From a virus: a stretch of 64,000 nt of DNA. Location of the stretch: positions 1 to 64,000 of the IMG/VR virus record IMGVR_UViG_3300020055_000012, one strand, 5' to 3'. Positions 1 to 10,752 of this stretch are shown here, in pieces; within the stretch, counting starts at the first letter, position 1; each line of letters opens with the position of its first letter. Both the position numbers and the translations under genes were made by a program. The notes beneath the pieces were generated by a model that did not search any database, was not told where the DNA came from, and was given only the letters and a program-made list of their open reading frames with translations.

Positions 1-2201
1 TTTCTGCATCTTATTTTGGAGAAGCTTATGAAGATAGTTTAAAACCTTTATTTACAGTAGTAGGAGGTAAAGACAATCTATTAAATTTTGAACTAGAAGA
101 AAAAATTATATTTGAAGCAACAGGGTCAACAGGCTCAACAAGCTCAACAGAAGGGGTAGAAACAAATCCTGAAGAACAAGAAAAAACAAATGAAGACGTT
201 GATAATTTAATGTCTGGAGGTACTGTTTCTGCTTCTACTGTATTTACTTATAGCTACAACTCAGACATTGTAGATGGTCCGCTTGGTTTAGAGATAGAAA
301 CTTATGTTTTTCCATTAGTAAACGGAGAAGAATCAGATGATTATCCTCCATTTACTAGATACACAACTTTAGAAGGTCCTTTAGGATACAGAACCATACC
401 ACAATTTGAATCTCAACTTCAAGAAGAAGCACAACAAAAAGGATTCACACCAGACAATGGAATAGTATATCCAAAAACGGATACAGTGGCTTACACTTAT
501 ACTGTAGTAGGAGAGCCTTTAGAATATTTTTTTACAAGAGAAATAGGAGGAAATACATTAGTTCCTAAAGTAATTAACACTGAAGAACAAGCAGACATTT
601 ATTTTAATGCTATTGAGTCTAACGAAAATGACGAGAGTTTAACTGTAAACCTTAAAGTTGAAAATAACAATCCTAACTTACCTACATTTGAAAAATTGTT
701 CACTATAAATCCAGACGATGCCGTGTATTATTTGTCAGACATAGAATCCGAGGTAGATAGTTTTGAAGAAAATTTAGTTTCAAATGGTGCAAATATTATT
801 ATAGATGAAAATACTGGTTTAACAAAACAATATCCTGCATCTGCCAAAAGTGTTATATTTAAAGTAGATAACAATGTAGGCTTACCATCATTTACAGCAA
901 GCACAACATCTGATAGTGCAACTGTTGCCGAAGCTTACAACAGCTTACGATTTAGTCATAGTGTTGGTTTTGAAAAAAATGGAATACAATACCCAGCAGA
1001 AGGAAGTACTATAACTCAACAGACAATAGTAGATGAAAATGGTAACGAAGTACAGATTCCAGTAATAGGAGAGCCTACTAATGAAGAGTCAGATTCTCTA
1101 GATAACATACCAGTTGGTAGTTTAGACGTTCCTTCAGGATTTCAGTTTAGTGCAATAACTTCAAGTATAGTAGCAGATTTACAAAATTCATTAGATGCAA
1201 TAGTAGACCTTAGTTTTAATCCTGCAGATATAGGTTTAACTAATATTCAATACTTAAACAAATATCTTTTACCAGAATTAATTATAGGAAAAAGAGAATT
1301 GGTTAGACAAATAACAACTATGTTATTTGGACCTAAAGAACTAATGAGCGAAGACCCAGAAATACAAGATAAACTATTAAATTCTGCAGCTTGTGGAGAA
1401 GCTATGTTTTCTGTAACAAACAATCCTAGTCAAACTGATAAAGATTTAGAATTTAATAGAATAGAGTTAAAAGAACAGTTAAAAAAAGGAAAAATTGAAT
1501 TAATAATATCTTGTCAAAAAGTAGAAATATCTTTACCAGAAAACTTTATAGAGGAATTTGATTTAGAATCTGCAGAAGTATTAGGAGTATCAGAAGCAGA
1601 CAGACCAAACCCAGCAACCTCTTTCACTTTGCTTTCAAATTTTATACAAAACGAAGTTCAAGCTCAGAGAAACGCTCAAGACGGAAATCAAGTTAAAAGA
1701 AGTTTCTTTCAAATATTAATAGAAAAAATACTACAATATGTTAGCGTTGCATTTTCTGTAAGTCCTGAAATAGAAACTGTATTTAATATTATTAATGTAG
1801 AGCTTTCTAAAACTGGTCAAGATGCCATAACTAATCCTTCTGAATTTTTGTCTAGTCCTTGTGATATAAATAATGCTTGTAAAAGTGGAGATGAAGAAGA
1901 GTTTAAAAAGAAGTCTGCATTTTCTCAAAGTTTAATAGACTCTCTTTATGCTTTAGTTTTATCAATGATATTAGAAAGGCTTTTAGCTGAATTAAAAATT
2001 AAAATTAAAAGAATAATACAACAAAAAGCTCAAGAAAAAATATTAAAATTAAGAAAGAGACTTTTAGAAAGATTTAAAGCTTTAGAATTTGTTGAAGGAG
2101 CGGCTAGTTCGGCTTCAAAAGCTGTTGCATTTCAAAATGCCTTTAATTCTAGTGGAATTCAAGATATATTTAATTTAGCAAATCAGAATAGAACTAATTA
2201 A
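1..2201 (+). CDS. Large acidic virion-associated protein, 5'-truncated by the window
   Basis: The frame is open from base 3 through the ATG at 210 to the stop at 2201. It lies in the baseplate gene block. Confidence 0.5.
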   Translation, partial: SASYFGEAYEDSLKPLFTVVGGKDNLLNFELEEKIIFEATGSTGSTSSTEGVETNPEEQEKTNEDVDNLMSGGTVSASTVFTYSYNSDIVDGPLGLEIETYVFPLVNGEESDDYPPFTRYTTLEGPLGYRTIPQFESQLQEEAQQKGFTPDNGIVYPKTDTVAYTYTVVGEPLEYFFTREIGGNTLVPKVINTEEQADIYFNAIESNENDESLTVNLKVENNNPNLPTFEKLFTINPDDAVYYLSDIESEVDSFEENLVSNGANIIIDENTGLTKQYPASAKSVIFKVDNNVGLPSFTASTTSDSATVAEAYNSLRFSHSVGFEKNGIQYPAEGSTITQQTIVDENGNEVQIPVIGEPTNEESDSLDNIPVGSLDVPSGFQFSAITSSIVADLQNSLDAIVDLSFNPADIGLTNIQYLNKYLLPELIIGKRELVRQITTMLFGPKELMSEDPEIQDKLLNSAACGEAMFSVTNNPSQTDKDLEFNRIELKEQLKKGKIELIISCQKVEISLPENFIEEFDLESAEVLGVSEADRPNPATSFTLLSNFIQNEVQAQRNAQDGNQVKRSFFQILIEKILQYVSVAFSVSPEIETVFNIINVELSKTGQDAITNPSEFLSSPCDINNACKSGDEEEFKKKSAFSQSLIDSLYALVLSMILERLLAELKIKIKRIIQQKAQEKILKLRKRLLERFKALEFVEGAASSASKAVAFQNAFNSSGIQDIFNLANQNRTN

Positions 2202-2226
2202 AAAATATTAAGATATATTTATAAAT

Positions 2227-2643
2227 ATGGGATGTATTAAGCCAAATAAAAAATTACAAAAATCTGAAGCTCTTGCTAACTTTGTATTATTTCTTTTTGA
2301 ATTTGATAGAGTTAGAATACCTAAATTAAGCTTGTTTGAAATACTTTTATCAGATGCTAGACCTGGACTAGACAGTGATTCTATATCTTCCAACATAATA
2401 TCTAGATTTCAAAAGGCAGGAATACCAAGCGGACCTCTTCCTGGGGGTGGTACAAACGTTATGGAAGAGTATACTAAAATAATGACAGAAGAAATAGTTG
2501 ACTCAATACAATCTGATATGAGAATAGATATAGCAGTTAATTCAGGTATGATTGTACAATCTAATGGAGGAAATGCAGGAGGGCCAGTAGCATCAGTAGG
2601 CTCTAATCCTTTGCCTCAAGGCGGAAACGCAGTTGCTACTTAA
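2227..2643 (+). CDS. Hypothetical structural protein (138 aa, Gly-rich C-terminus)
   Basis: ORF track; baseplate block context. Confidence 0.5.
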   Translation: MGCIKPNKKLQKSEALANFVLFLFEFDRVRIPKLSLFEILLSDARPGLDSDSISSNIISRFQKAGIPSGPLPGGGTNVMEEYTKIMTEEIVDSIQSDMRIDIAVNSGMIVQSNGGNAGGPVASVGSNPLPQGGNAVAT

Positions 2644-2653
2644 TTAATTTATT

Positions 2654-2821
2654 ATGGAAGAAACGGTCAAAAAATCAAAGACTCAGCTATTAAGAGAGTT
2701 ACAAAATGTAGTTGATGAATTTAATGAAAAAAAGAAATATGTAGATTCTATTTTAGATGAAATAGATTTACTAGAAAAAAAATATTATCAATTAGTTAGT
2801 GAAATAAAAGACAATAAGTAA
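2654..2821 (+). CDS. Small coiled-coil protein (55 aa, MEETVKKSKTQLLRELQ...)
   Basis: Read by hand: ATG 2654 to TAA 2821. It fills the gap exactly and abuts the next ATG at 2823. Confidence 0.6.
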   Translation: MEETVKKSKTQLLRELQNVVDEFNEKKKYVDSILDEIDLLEKKYYQLVSEIKDNK

Positions 2822-2822
2822 T

Positions 2823-3881
2823 ATGTTACCTGACGCTCTATCGAAATATATAACACATTCCGTACAACAACAAGTTGCAACTGCAAGTGATTCTCAAACT
2901 ACAAAGAATAAAATAATATACTATGCAGAAGTTTTGGACAATTCTGACGCCTCAAAAATGGGAAGAATTACTGTAAAAATAATAGATAAAGACGAAAATG
3001 GAAATATAATAGACGGAGGAAAAGACAAAGACAATCCAGAAGCAACAAGTGGAAGAGGAATAGTTGCTTTCCCACTTATACCAGACTTTTTTAGTTCAGT
3101 ACCAGAACCAGGAGAAATGGTATATATATTATTTGCAAATCCGTCAAAACCAGATAATGATAGATACTATATAGGGCCAATAAGAAGCGTTAAAAACCCA
3201 ACAACAAAAAGCGAAACACCATCTTCTGCAATAAAATTATTTAACAAATTAAGTTTTTTAGAAAAAAATAAAGCTCAGGCTGGAAATTCTTCTATTGTAG
3301 ACAATAATGAAAAGTATATATACATAAAAGGAAAAGAAGATTCTGATATTATATTTAAATCTAGAGAAGTCTTAATAAGAGCTGGTTCTATACAAGAAGG
3401 TTCTTCTACTTTTGAAAGAAATGAGGAAACTAAATGTTTTATTCAGTTAAGACAAGGTAGTACAGTTTTGCCAGGTTCACCTTTTGATTTAGCAGATAAT
3501 GTACAAAATTTTTCTCAAACTAATATTGTTGCTTCTAATATAAATTTAATATCTTCAGATGTTCAAGCAGCTAAAAATAGAAGATTAGATGAAAATGGAA
3601 ATTTAGAAAATAATTCTGTCTTTAAAAACATAGAGATTGACACAAATACCAGACTAGAAGTTTATGGAGAACAAGCAAAAAAATTACACCCTTTAGTCTT
3701 GGGAGACGAGTTAGAAAAGTTATTACAAATAATAATAAGATTTTGCCTAAACCATATACATCAGCCTCAAAACCCTGTATCTCCTGAATTTGATGAAGTA
3801 GATTATGTAGCTGATTTAAAAGCTTATCAAGAACCTAGTAAAATGGCTGAAATACTTTCGAATTCTGTTAGGACTAACTAG
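2823..3881 (+). CDS. Baseplate hub/central spike, gp5/VgrG-like
   Basis: N-terminal OB-fold-like pattern (D..KMGRITVKI...AFPL...PEPGEMVYILF) and a C-terminal HxH motif (NHIHQP). Confidence 0.65.
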   Translation: MLPDALSKYITHSVQQQVATASDSQTTKNKIIYYAEVLDNSDASKMGRITVKIIDKDENGNIIDGGKDKDNPEATSGRGIVAFPLIPDFFSSVPEPGEMVYILFANPSKPDNDRYYIGPIRSVKNPTTKSETPSSAIKLFNKLSFLEKNKAQAGNSSIVDNNEKYIYIKGKEDSDIIFKSREVLIRAGSIQEGSSTFERNEETKCFIQLRQGSTVLPGSPFDLADNVQNFSQTNIVASNINLISSDVQAAKNRRLDENGNLENNSVFKNIEIDTNTRLEVYGEQAKKLHPLVLGDELEKLLQIIIRFCLNHIHQPQNPVSPEFDEVDYVADLKAYQEPSKMAEILSNSVRTN

Positions 3882-5742
3882 TTCTAACTAATATATCTGT
3901 ATCAGGATATCTAATTTCAAACATAGACAAAGGAGTTGACAATATAGAGTTATCTATATAGTTTATTAAAGTTCTCCTAGCCCCAGAGTTATTTGTATTA
4001 CCATTTAAAGCTGCATTATTATTTAAAAACTCAGTAGGACCATTCGCTTGAGAAATTAAAGTAGAAGAGTATCTTCCACCATCTACATTATAAGCTTTAA
4101 TATCTACAACGTTTATTACACCAGGTATTTCTCTAATATTATCTGTTAATTGAGATATATAAATAGGTTGGTTCATCTCCCAATCATCAACATTAAAGTA
4201 CTTTTTCATACTTTCTAAAGCTTCTAATCTAATTTCGTTTGCATTATAACTTTTATCTGTTAACAAATCTATTTCAAACATTAAGTTAATAACTTTTGCT
4301 CCATTAATTTCAACAAAGTCATTTATTGACCTATACCTAGAAAGATATTCAACAATGTTATTTTTAAGAACGCTGGTAGAATCTTCAGTCAATTTACCAT
4401 TAGCATCTTTAGATATTATGTATAATTGGATTTTGTTATCATTCACTCTTCCACCAACTCTAAATGGAACTCCATATTTACCAGGCATTTGTTTAACTCT
4501 AGACATATAATCTTCTAATGTTATACATCTCTCTTGAGCTGCAAAATTACTTGATGCTCCATATCTTATTTCTTGAACGCTAGGAAGTCCTTTACCTCCT
4601 AAGGCTGGTATTATATTAGTGGCTCTAGTAGAAGATAAAACAGCATCATTTTTTTGTGCATCTACACCTAATATTAAAGCGTCTATATTTGATACAGAAC
4701 CTAAAACTCTACTTCCTATATTTGTTGACTCTCCACCTCCAATTCTATATTTTACAAATAAAGTATGGTCAGCTGGTAGTTTAGAGCCTAAAGAAGTATT
4801 GTTAAACATTTTTTTATAATTTATTTCTCCTGCATTTGTAACAGTTAAATTTTGCAAATACTCAGCATAAGCATCAACATTAGGAGTTCCTGAGCCAAAA
4901 GTTAGTGTACAACTTCCATCTGGAGCGAAATCTTTAGTAAACCTTCTATTAACTTCAATCCAACTAGCAAAAGAATTTAAAGAGTTTTCATCAGTAAATA
5001 TTTTATTATCTGCTAAATGTTCTACTTCATAATATTTAATATCAAAATCTTGATAATCAGTGTATGTAGGATTAAAAGTTGAATCAGTTGTAGGGTATGC
5101 AATTACATCTACAACTTCTATTACATTAGTTTCTGGTAAATTTACTTCTAAAAAAGCAGTATTAGAATCTTCTTCTGTTATAACTTTTCTAAGAATAGTT
5201 GTAGTACCAGCAACACAAAATTCTCTTTTAGTAATTTTATATTCTAATATATTTTGAGAAGCATCAAAAACTGGCTCAACAGTTCTGTTTGCAACACCAG
5301 TTTGTGAAAAGTCTGAAGAAAAATCTATTTCAAATTCTGTCTCAAAACTTTGACCTCCACCTTCAATACGCATACCAGGTCTATAAAGAGGTAAATACTG
5401 TTCGTCAGGACCTGTACTTATGGCAGGAACTCTAACAACTACATCTACTAGGGTGGAAGCACCTTTTCTTCCAGGAACTTTATATCCTAAAGTTTTTGCT
5501 AACCTATATGCAGAGCTTGGTTCACTTACTCCATCTAAGAAAAGTTCATTAAACCTTTTGTCTGTATAATAAGATAATAAATCAGAAACATATGCTAGTA
5601 AATCAACTAAAGCCATACCAGCACTACTTACATTAAAGTCTTGCCACTCTTCTGGGAAATATACTTTTAGTATTTTTTCTATATCTGCTGATATAGTATC
5701 AAAATCTCTATTCAAATAATTTTGTTTCTTTATTTCTGGCAT
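3874..5742 (-). CDS. Baseplate wedge protein, T4 gp6-like
   Basis: Motifs NYLNRDF, DLLAYVSDLLSYY, AKTLGYK, LTFGSG, YRIGGG and AQERCITLEDY are typical of gp6/baseplate J. Confidence 0.85.
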   Translation of the reverse strand: MPEIKKQNYLNRDFDTISADIEKILKVYFPEEWQDFNVSSAGMALVDLLAYVSDLLSYYTDKRFNELFLDGVSEPSSAYRLAKTLGYKVPGRKGASTLVDVVVRVPAISTGPDEQYLPLYRPGMRIEGGGQSFETEFEIDFSSDFSQTGVANRTVEPVFDASQNILEYKITKREFCVAGTTTILRKVITEEDSNTAFLEVNLPETNVIEVVDVIAYPTTDSTFNPTYTDYQDFDIKYYEVEHLADNKIFTDENSLNSFASWIEVNRRFTKDFAPDGSCTLTFGSGTPNVDAYAEYLQNLTVTNAGEINYKKMFNNTSLGSKLPADHTLFVKYRIGGGESTNIGSRVLGSVSNIDALILGVDAQKNDAVLSSTRATNIIPALGGKGLPSVQEIRYGASSNFAAQERCITLEDYMSRVKQMPGKYGVPFRVGGRVNDNKIQLYIISKDANGKLTEDSTSVLKNNIVEYLSRYRSINDFVEINGAKVINLMFEIDLLTDKSYNANEIRLEALESMKKYFNVDDWEMNQPIYISQLTDNIREIPGVINVVDIKAYNVDGGRYSSTLISQANGPTEFLNNNAALNGNTNNSGARRTLINYIDNSILSTPLSMFEIRYPDTDILVRTS

Positions 5743-5761
5743 ATCTTTATTATTTTTTTAA

Positions 5762-6169
5762 TTATTCTGATATATTATTATCTCTTGGAATATTTAGTGT
5801 TATTGAATCTTTTAGTTCGTAAAAACTTTGTATCTTAAAAAATATTTTTATTGATAAAAAATTTCTATCAGTTTCTGAAGTATCTTCAGAAAAGGTTATA
5901 TTTTCTATTGTAACTTGAGGTATAAACTCTTCTACTTTTTCTTCTATTTCTAATTTAAGTTGCTTTTTAGAAAAATCATCTAATGGCTCCATTAAATAGT
6001 CATAAACAGGAGAGTATAAATTGTTTCTCATGACCCTATGACCTCTTTTTGTGGTTAGCAAAGAAATTAAGTCATCCTTTAAAGCTTCATTTGTGGTTTT
6101 GTTTACATCAAATACTCCACCTTGTACTGTGTCTTTAAAAGGAAATTTTATGTTTATGCCTCTTGCCAT
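5762..6169 (-). CDS. Baseplate wedge subunit, gp25/GPW-like
   Basis: Likely start MARGINIKFPF at 6169; LLTTKRGHRVM motif; adjacent to the gp6-like gene. Confidence 0.8.
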   Translation of the reverse strand: MARGINIKFPFKDTVQGGVFDVNKTTNEALKDDLISLLTTKRGHRVMRNNLYSPVYDYLMEPLDDFSKKQLKLEIEEKVEEFIPQVTIENITFSEDTSETDRNFLSIKIFFKIQSFYELKDSITLNIPRDNNISE

Positions 6170-6275
6170 ATTTTTATTTATTATATAAATAAATAGTAAA
6201 AGCAAAAAAAATAAAGACTTTTTTCGAGCACTATTTAGATATATATAATAAATATGTTTTTTTAAATAAAATAAA

Positions 6276-7676
6276 ATGGGAAGATTTCGAATATATCCTA
6301 GCAAAAGCAATACAATAGCTAGTGGATTTTATGAAGCCTTTAATGCAGGCTATAACCCAGGGAGCATTCTTTGGTACGGAGGCAACTCTACTAGAGCTAG
6401 TATTTCAAGATATTTAGTACAATTTGATTTAGATGAATTGCAATCTAAAATAAACTCAAAAGAAATAAATCCAGACTTCGTTTCTTCTTACAGGCTTAGA
6501 ATGACAAATGTAGTTCCAGATGACGAATTATTAGAATCTGATTTTGAATTTGCAAAAAGAGCAAAAAAAATAGCAACTTCTTTTGATTTGATAGCTTTTC
6601 CTATAAATAAATATTGGGACCAAGGAAGAGGTTATGATTTGTTAGGTAGTGAATTTATAAAAACTTCAAGAGGAGATACAAATTTAACTGGATATTCTAA
6701 TTGGAACTATGCAACAAGTACAACTTTATGGGATGAACCAGGAGTTTTTACAAATCCAACAGGCTCAGTAACTCACTATTCTACTCAACATTTCGATAAA
6801 GGAGATGAAGATTTAGATATGGATGTTACAGACATAGTTAAAGATTGGTTGAGTGGAGGTTCTCAAAATAATGGATTTGCTGTAGCTTATGCTAGAGAGT
6901 ATGAATTAGACAGTGGAGATACTAGATATTTGTCTAGATTTTACACAGAAAAAACAAATAGTACTTTTAAGCCTTTTATAGAAGTAGTCTATGACAATCA
7001 AATAATTAGAGATGATAGAGTTAGGGTGGCTAACGATAGAACTTCAAGATTATTTTTAAGTGTTTATAGTGGAAATACATCTGCAAATTATTTTTCTGCA
7101 GGTACTGTTTCTATAAAAACAATGTCTAATGTTGATGTGTATACTGGTTTAACTCCAACATTATTAACAAAAGGTTTTTACTATGTAGATGTTTTAATGA
7201 GTGCAGCTACCAAGTCTCAAAGATACAAAGATGTGTGGAGTGACGTAACATTTAATCCGGGAGTAGATAAACAAAATTTTGAACAAACATTTCAAATTTT
7301 AGGCAGTTATTACACTAACTATCCAAAGAAAACAAATGATTATGTTGTAAGTTTATATGGAATACCTAATAATGCTATAATAAAGAAAGGGGAAGTGATG
7401 AGATTGTATGCAGACACTAGAGTTAATTATAGCACAAGAACTCCTAATGAATATTATGGACTAGAATACAGATTAGTAGAAAATCAAATAACTGAAGTTA
7501 TACCGTGGTCAGAATTTAATACAATAGTGTCAGAAAATTGCTCTCAATTTTTTATTGATGTGGACACTTCTTGGTTAATGGATAATCAAAATTATCAAAT
7601 AGAACTTAGAGTTAATGAATTAGGCACAAAAAAGGTTTTAAATGAAAGTGTTTATTTTGCTATTTCAATAGATTAA
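6276..7676 (+). CDS. Virion structural protein with a DNRLRE-like domain
   Basis: SRYLVQFDL, WDQGRG, DVTDIVKDW..G...NNGF and PFIEVVYD pattern. Confidence 0.55.
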   Translation: MGRFRIYPSKSNTIASGFYEAFNAGYNPGSILWYGGNSTRASISRYLVQFDLDELQSKINSKEINPDFVSSYRLRMTNVVPDDELLESDFEFAKRAKKIATSFDLIAFPINKYWDQGRGYDLLGSEFIKTSRGDTNLTGYSNWNYATSTTLWDEPGVFTNPTGSVTHYSTQHFDKGDEDLDMDVTDIVKDWLSGGSQNNGFAVAYAREYELDSGDTRYLSRFYTEKTNSTFKPFIEVVYDNQIIRDDRVRVANDRTSRLFLSVYSGNTSANYFSAGTVSIKTMSNVDVYTGLTPTLLTKGFYYVDVLMSAATKSQRYKDVWSDVTFNPGVDKQNFEQTFQILGSYYTNYPKKTNDYVVSLYGIPNNAIIKKGEVMRLYADTRVNYSTRTPNEYYGLEYRLVENQITEVIPWSEFNTIVSENCSQFFIDVDTSWLMDNQNYQIELRVNELGTKKVLNESVYFAISID

Positions 7677-7731
7677 AGTTGACTTTTTATAAATTTTGTT
7701 TATAAATTAATTATAGAGTTTTTTAAGTTTT

Positions 7732-10700
7732 ATGTCAGAAAGTATAAAGAAAATAACGGTTAATAGAGACATTCTTGTAGGAACATATTTTACAAATGTA
7801 GATATTGACCCTAGACTTTTAAGAAGACTTTTTAAATCAAGAGGATATACCAATACACCTATAACAGGACCTTGGAAACAAATTTTTGAAGAAGGTCAAG
7901 AAGCTTATGCAGTAATAGGAAATGACAATCAAGTAGTTGAACTTTTAGATAAAATAGACACTTCTTATTTTAGAAGAAAACCTTTAACTACAGAATATGA
8001 ATTTTTAGACAAACAAGAAGTTAAGAGTGTTATAAAAGGAAAAAAATATTCTGTAAAATACAATGATGTAATAGCAGATGTAAATCAAATAAATGCAAAA
8101 TCCGCATTCAATAACGAAGCTCAAATAATTTCTGGAGATAGTGGCTATACAGGAGTTTTCTTTCAAAGAGAAAAGCAAGAAGATTATAATGTAGACATAT
8201 CTTTAATAAGAAGTTATGATACATTAGATACGTTAAGTGTAAAAAACAATCCATTAGCATCATTTCCAGAGCAAAACTCAGATACAGGAGTTGTTATGGG
8301 AACTTTATATGCTAGACAAAAAATATCAGATGAAAGCGGAGAAAGAGTTAAGATACCCTTACAAAATGTTCCTGTTATAATATTTAATCCGTCTGACCAA
8401 TTTCCAACTGTAGCCTCTTTAGATGAAGAAGGAGATAGAATTACTCTTAATTTTATAGAAAATTCTAACATTCAAGATTATGCAGATGAATTTTCTTTTG
8501 TTACAGATTTTGGCTCTGAAAATGCAAGGAAAAAATTAGGTAGAAAACTAAAGCAAGGATTAGAAAATGTAAATCCTATACTAAAAAATAAAAACTCAAT
8601 AAATGTACCAGAACAATATTTGTACTCTACTGTTACAGATGAAAATGGAGAATTTATAATAGAAAATGTTCCTGTTGGAAATCAAATATTAATGTTTGAA
8701 GTTGATTTGTTAAAACAAGGTATGACAAAAGATGAGGTTCAATTTAACTTTTTTCCTTACCCAACATCTTCAGGCCCAAATGTTGATGCTGTTCCTCATT
8801 TTTATTTTAGACAAATACCAGTTGGGGTAAGACCTTCTTGGGGAACTTTTAGTACTGGCTATACACAAATTGATATAACTGCAAGTATAGATATGAGAAA
8901 GTGGAGTACATATTATGTCTCTCCAATAGCAAATGATGGTAAAAACTTATCAGAATTACTAGCATCAGGAAATTTTGACTCCTTAAATGTTCTTGTAAAA
9001 GACATGACAAAAGAAGGTTATCCACTAGTAAATGAAATGGTAGAGGTTTTAGATATATATAGTAGAGATGAAGCACAAAAGACTGGGTGGTTTAATCAAG
9101 TTCAAACAACAAAATATCAAGCTCAATTTAGAGGGGATGGATGGAAAGCTTTTAGGCTTCCCGCAAACTTATATGACCCTGAAGGTTACGCCTCTAAAGA
9201 TTCTGCAAGAAATGGACTGTCAAGCAGAAAGGGAGTTTGGCTTTCTGCTTATGAGATGAAAATGCTTTTTGGAGGAGATGTTGAAACTCCTCTTTATAGA
9301 GCTACAGGATTCTTAAGAAAAGAAATTACACAACAGACTGCCCTTCAACAAAAGGCTAGTCACTTTGACATAAATAGAGGACCAGGTTCAGGAAAGGAAG
9401 ATGCAACAGGTCAACCACCAGAAAGTTCCTTAAATCAATTTCCATACGAAAGACCTTGGACAATAAACTATCCAAACAAATATAGCATACCATCACAACC
9501 AAAAAATTCTGAAGGAAAAAATTATAATATAAAACTTCAGCCTAGATTCCAAGATGGAGATATGCCAGGCTTATTTATATATGAAGGCGAAGACGACAAT
9601 GTAGGTCATGGATACGCTACAATGATAGGTTTGGATTCAAACGAATTTTTGTTTAATAGATTTGGAACTGTAGTAACTAGATATAGAATTTATAAATATG
9701 AAAACAATTCAAGGTGGGATGATGAATGGTCTAACGGTTTTAGACCTTATTATCACCAAGGCAATTTTGGAACTGAAGCAAATTATGAAGTAAAAAATGG
9801 AGAGCAATATCAAAGGGTTGAGGCTGGGTTTTCTTATTGGCTAAAACCTGAAGGTTGGGGAAGAGTTCAATCTGAAGGATGGGGAGATTTTATGATGAGT
9901 TCAGATATAAATGATAAATATTCACTTCCTACTGAAGATTTTAGACCAAAAAGTTACTTACAGTCTGTAAGTTCTGTTTTTAGAGATGGAGAAAAATTAT
10001 ATTTAAATTTAGACGCAAGTCTACCAAATTGGTTACGAGCAGGAGCTTTAGATATTTATAGAGTAATAGATGATGAGCCAGAAGATTTAATAAATCCAAG
10101 ACCTCCTGAAATTGCCAAATTTATAAAAATAAACTGTGGTGATGTCTTAAAGGCAAACGATAAAGAAAATAACGATAGAACTGAATTGAGAATAGGTACT
10201 AAAAATAGACAAGTTAGTATTGCAACTGATATGACTATTGAAATAAAAAACCTTGGAAGTGTAGAGAGGTCAGTAGATGTTGGTGGTGTTAAAAAGTCAA
10301 TAGAACCTAATGGGGTGGCTGAATTTAATGTAACGACTGGCGCTCAGATTACATTAAGAACAAACACAGATTATGACGCTCTTGAAAATACATATGAAAA
10401 AGTGTCTTATCAAGTTAGATGTTTTACTTCAATAAAACGAGCAGGAGTAAGAAGTTCAAATTATCTTAACATTTATGAAGATGGTCAGCCCAATTCTACA
10501 GTACAAACTTTTTATTTTGTTACTCAAGTTAGCGGAGGTCAAGGAAATGTAAAATTGGATAGTGATAATAATTTTAAAAAATGTGGCGGTAACAATGGGT
10601 TTACTAGAAATGGTACATACTTTTTTAATGGAATTTTGGTAGAAGCTTCTGGAAAGTCTAATGCAACTATTGACCTTGACACTGTTTCTATAGAAACACA

Positions 10701-10740
10701 GTGTAGTACAGGTGGTTTTGGAATTAGAAGAACAAGTTAA
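7732..10740 (+). CDS. Large structural protein with a prealbumin-like (carboxypeptidase regulatory-like) fold
   Basis: GVVMGTL...IPLQNVPV and TVTDENGEFIIENVPVGNQ motifs. Confidence 0.5.
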   Translation: MSESIKKITVNRDILVGTYFTNVDIDPRLLRRLFKSRGYTNTPITGPWKQIFEEGQEAYAVIGNDNQVVELLDKIDTSYFRRKPLTTEYEFLDKQEVKSVIKGKKYSVKYNDVIADVNQINAKSAFNNEAQIISGDSGYTGVFFQREKQEDYNVDISLIRSYDTLDTLSVKNNPLASFPEQNSDTGVVMGTLYARQKISDESGERVKIPLQNVPVIIFNPSDQFPTVASLDEEGDRITLNFIENSNIQDYADEFSFVTDFGSENARKKLGRKLKQGLENVNPILKNKNSINVPEQYLYSTVTDENGEFIIENVPVGNQILMFEVDLLKQGMTKDEVQFNFFPYPTSSGPNVDAVPHFYFRQIPVGVRPSWGTFSTGYTQIDITASIDMRKWSTYYVSPIANDGKNLSELLASGNFDSLNVLVKDMTKEGYPLVNEMVEVLDIYSRDEAQKTGWFNQVQTTKYQAQFRGDGWKAFRLPANLYDPEGYASKDSARNGLSSRKGVWLSAYEMKMLFGGDVETPLYRATGFLRKEITQQTALQQKASHFDINRGPGSGKEDATGQPPESSLNQFPYERPWTINYPNKYSIPSQPKNSEGKNYNIKLQPRFQDGDMPGLFIYEGEDDNVGHGYATMIGLDSNEFLFNRFGTVVTRYRIYKYENNSRWDDEWSNGFRPYYHQGNFGTEANYEVKNGEQYQRVEAGFSYWLKPEGWGRVQSEGWGDFMMSSDINDKYSLPTEDFRPKSYLQSVSSVFRDGEKLYLNLDASLPNWLRAGALDIYRVIDDEPEDLINPRPPEIAKFIKINCGDVLKANDKENNDRTELRIGTKNRQVSIATDMTIEIKNLGSVERSVDVGGVKKSIEPNGVAEFNVTTGAQITLRTNTDYDALENTYEKVSYQVRCFTSIKRAGVRSSNYLNIYEDGQPNSTVQTFYFVTQVSGGQGNVKLDSDNNFKKCGGNNGFTRNGTYFFNGILVEASGKSNATIDLDTVSIETQCSTGGFGIRRTS

Positions 10741-10752
10741 AAGAGTCAATAA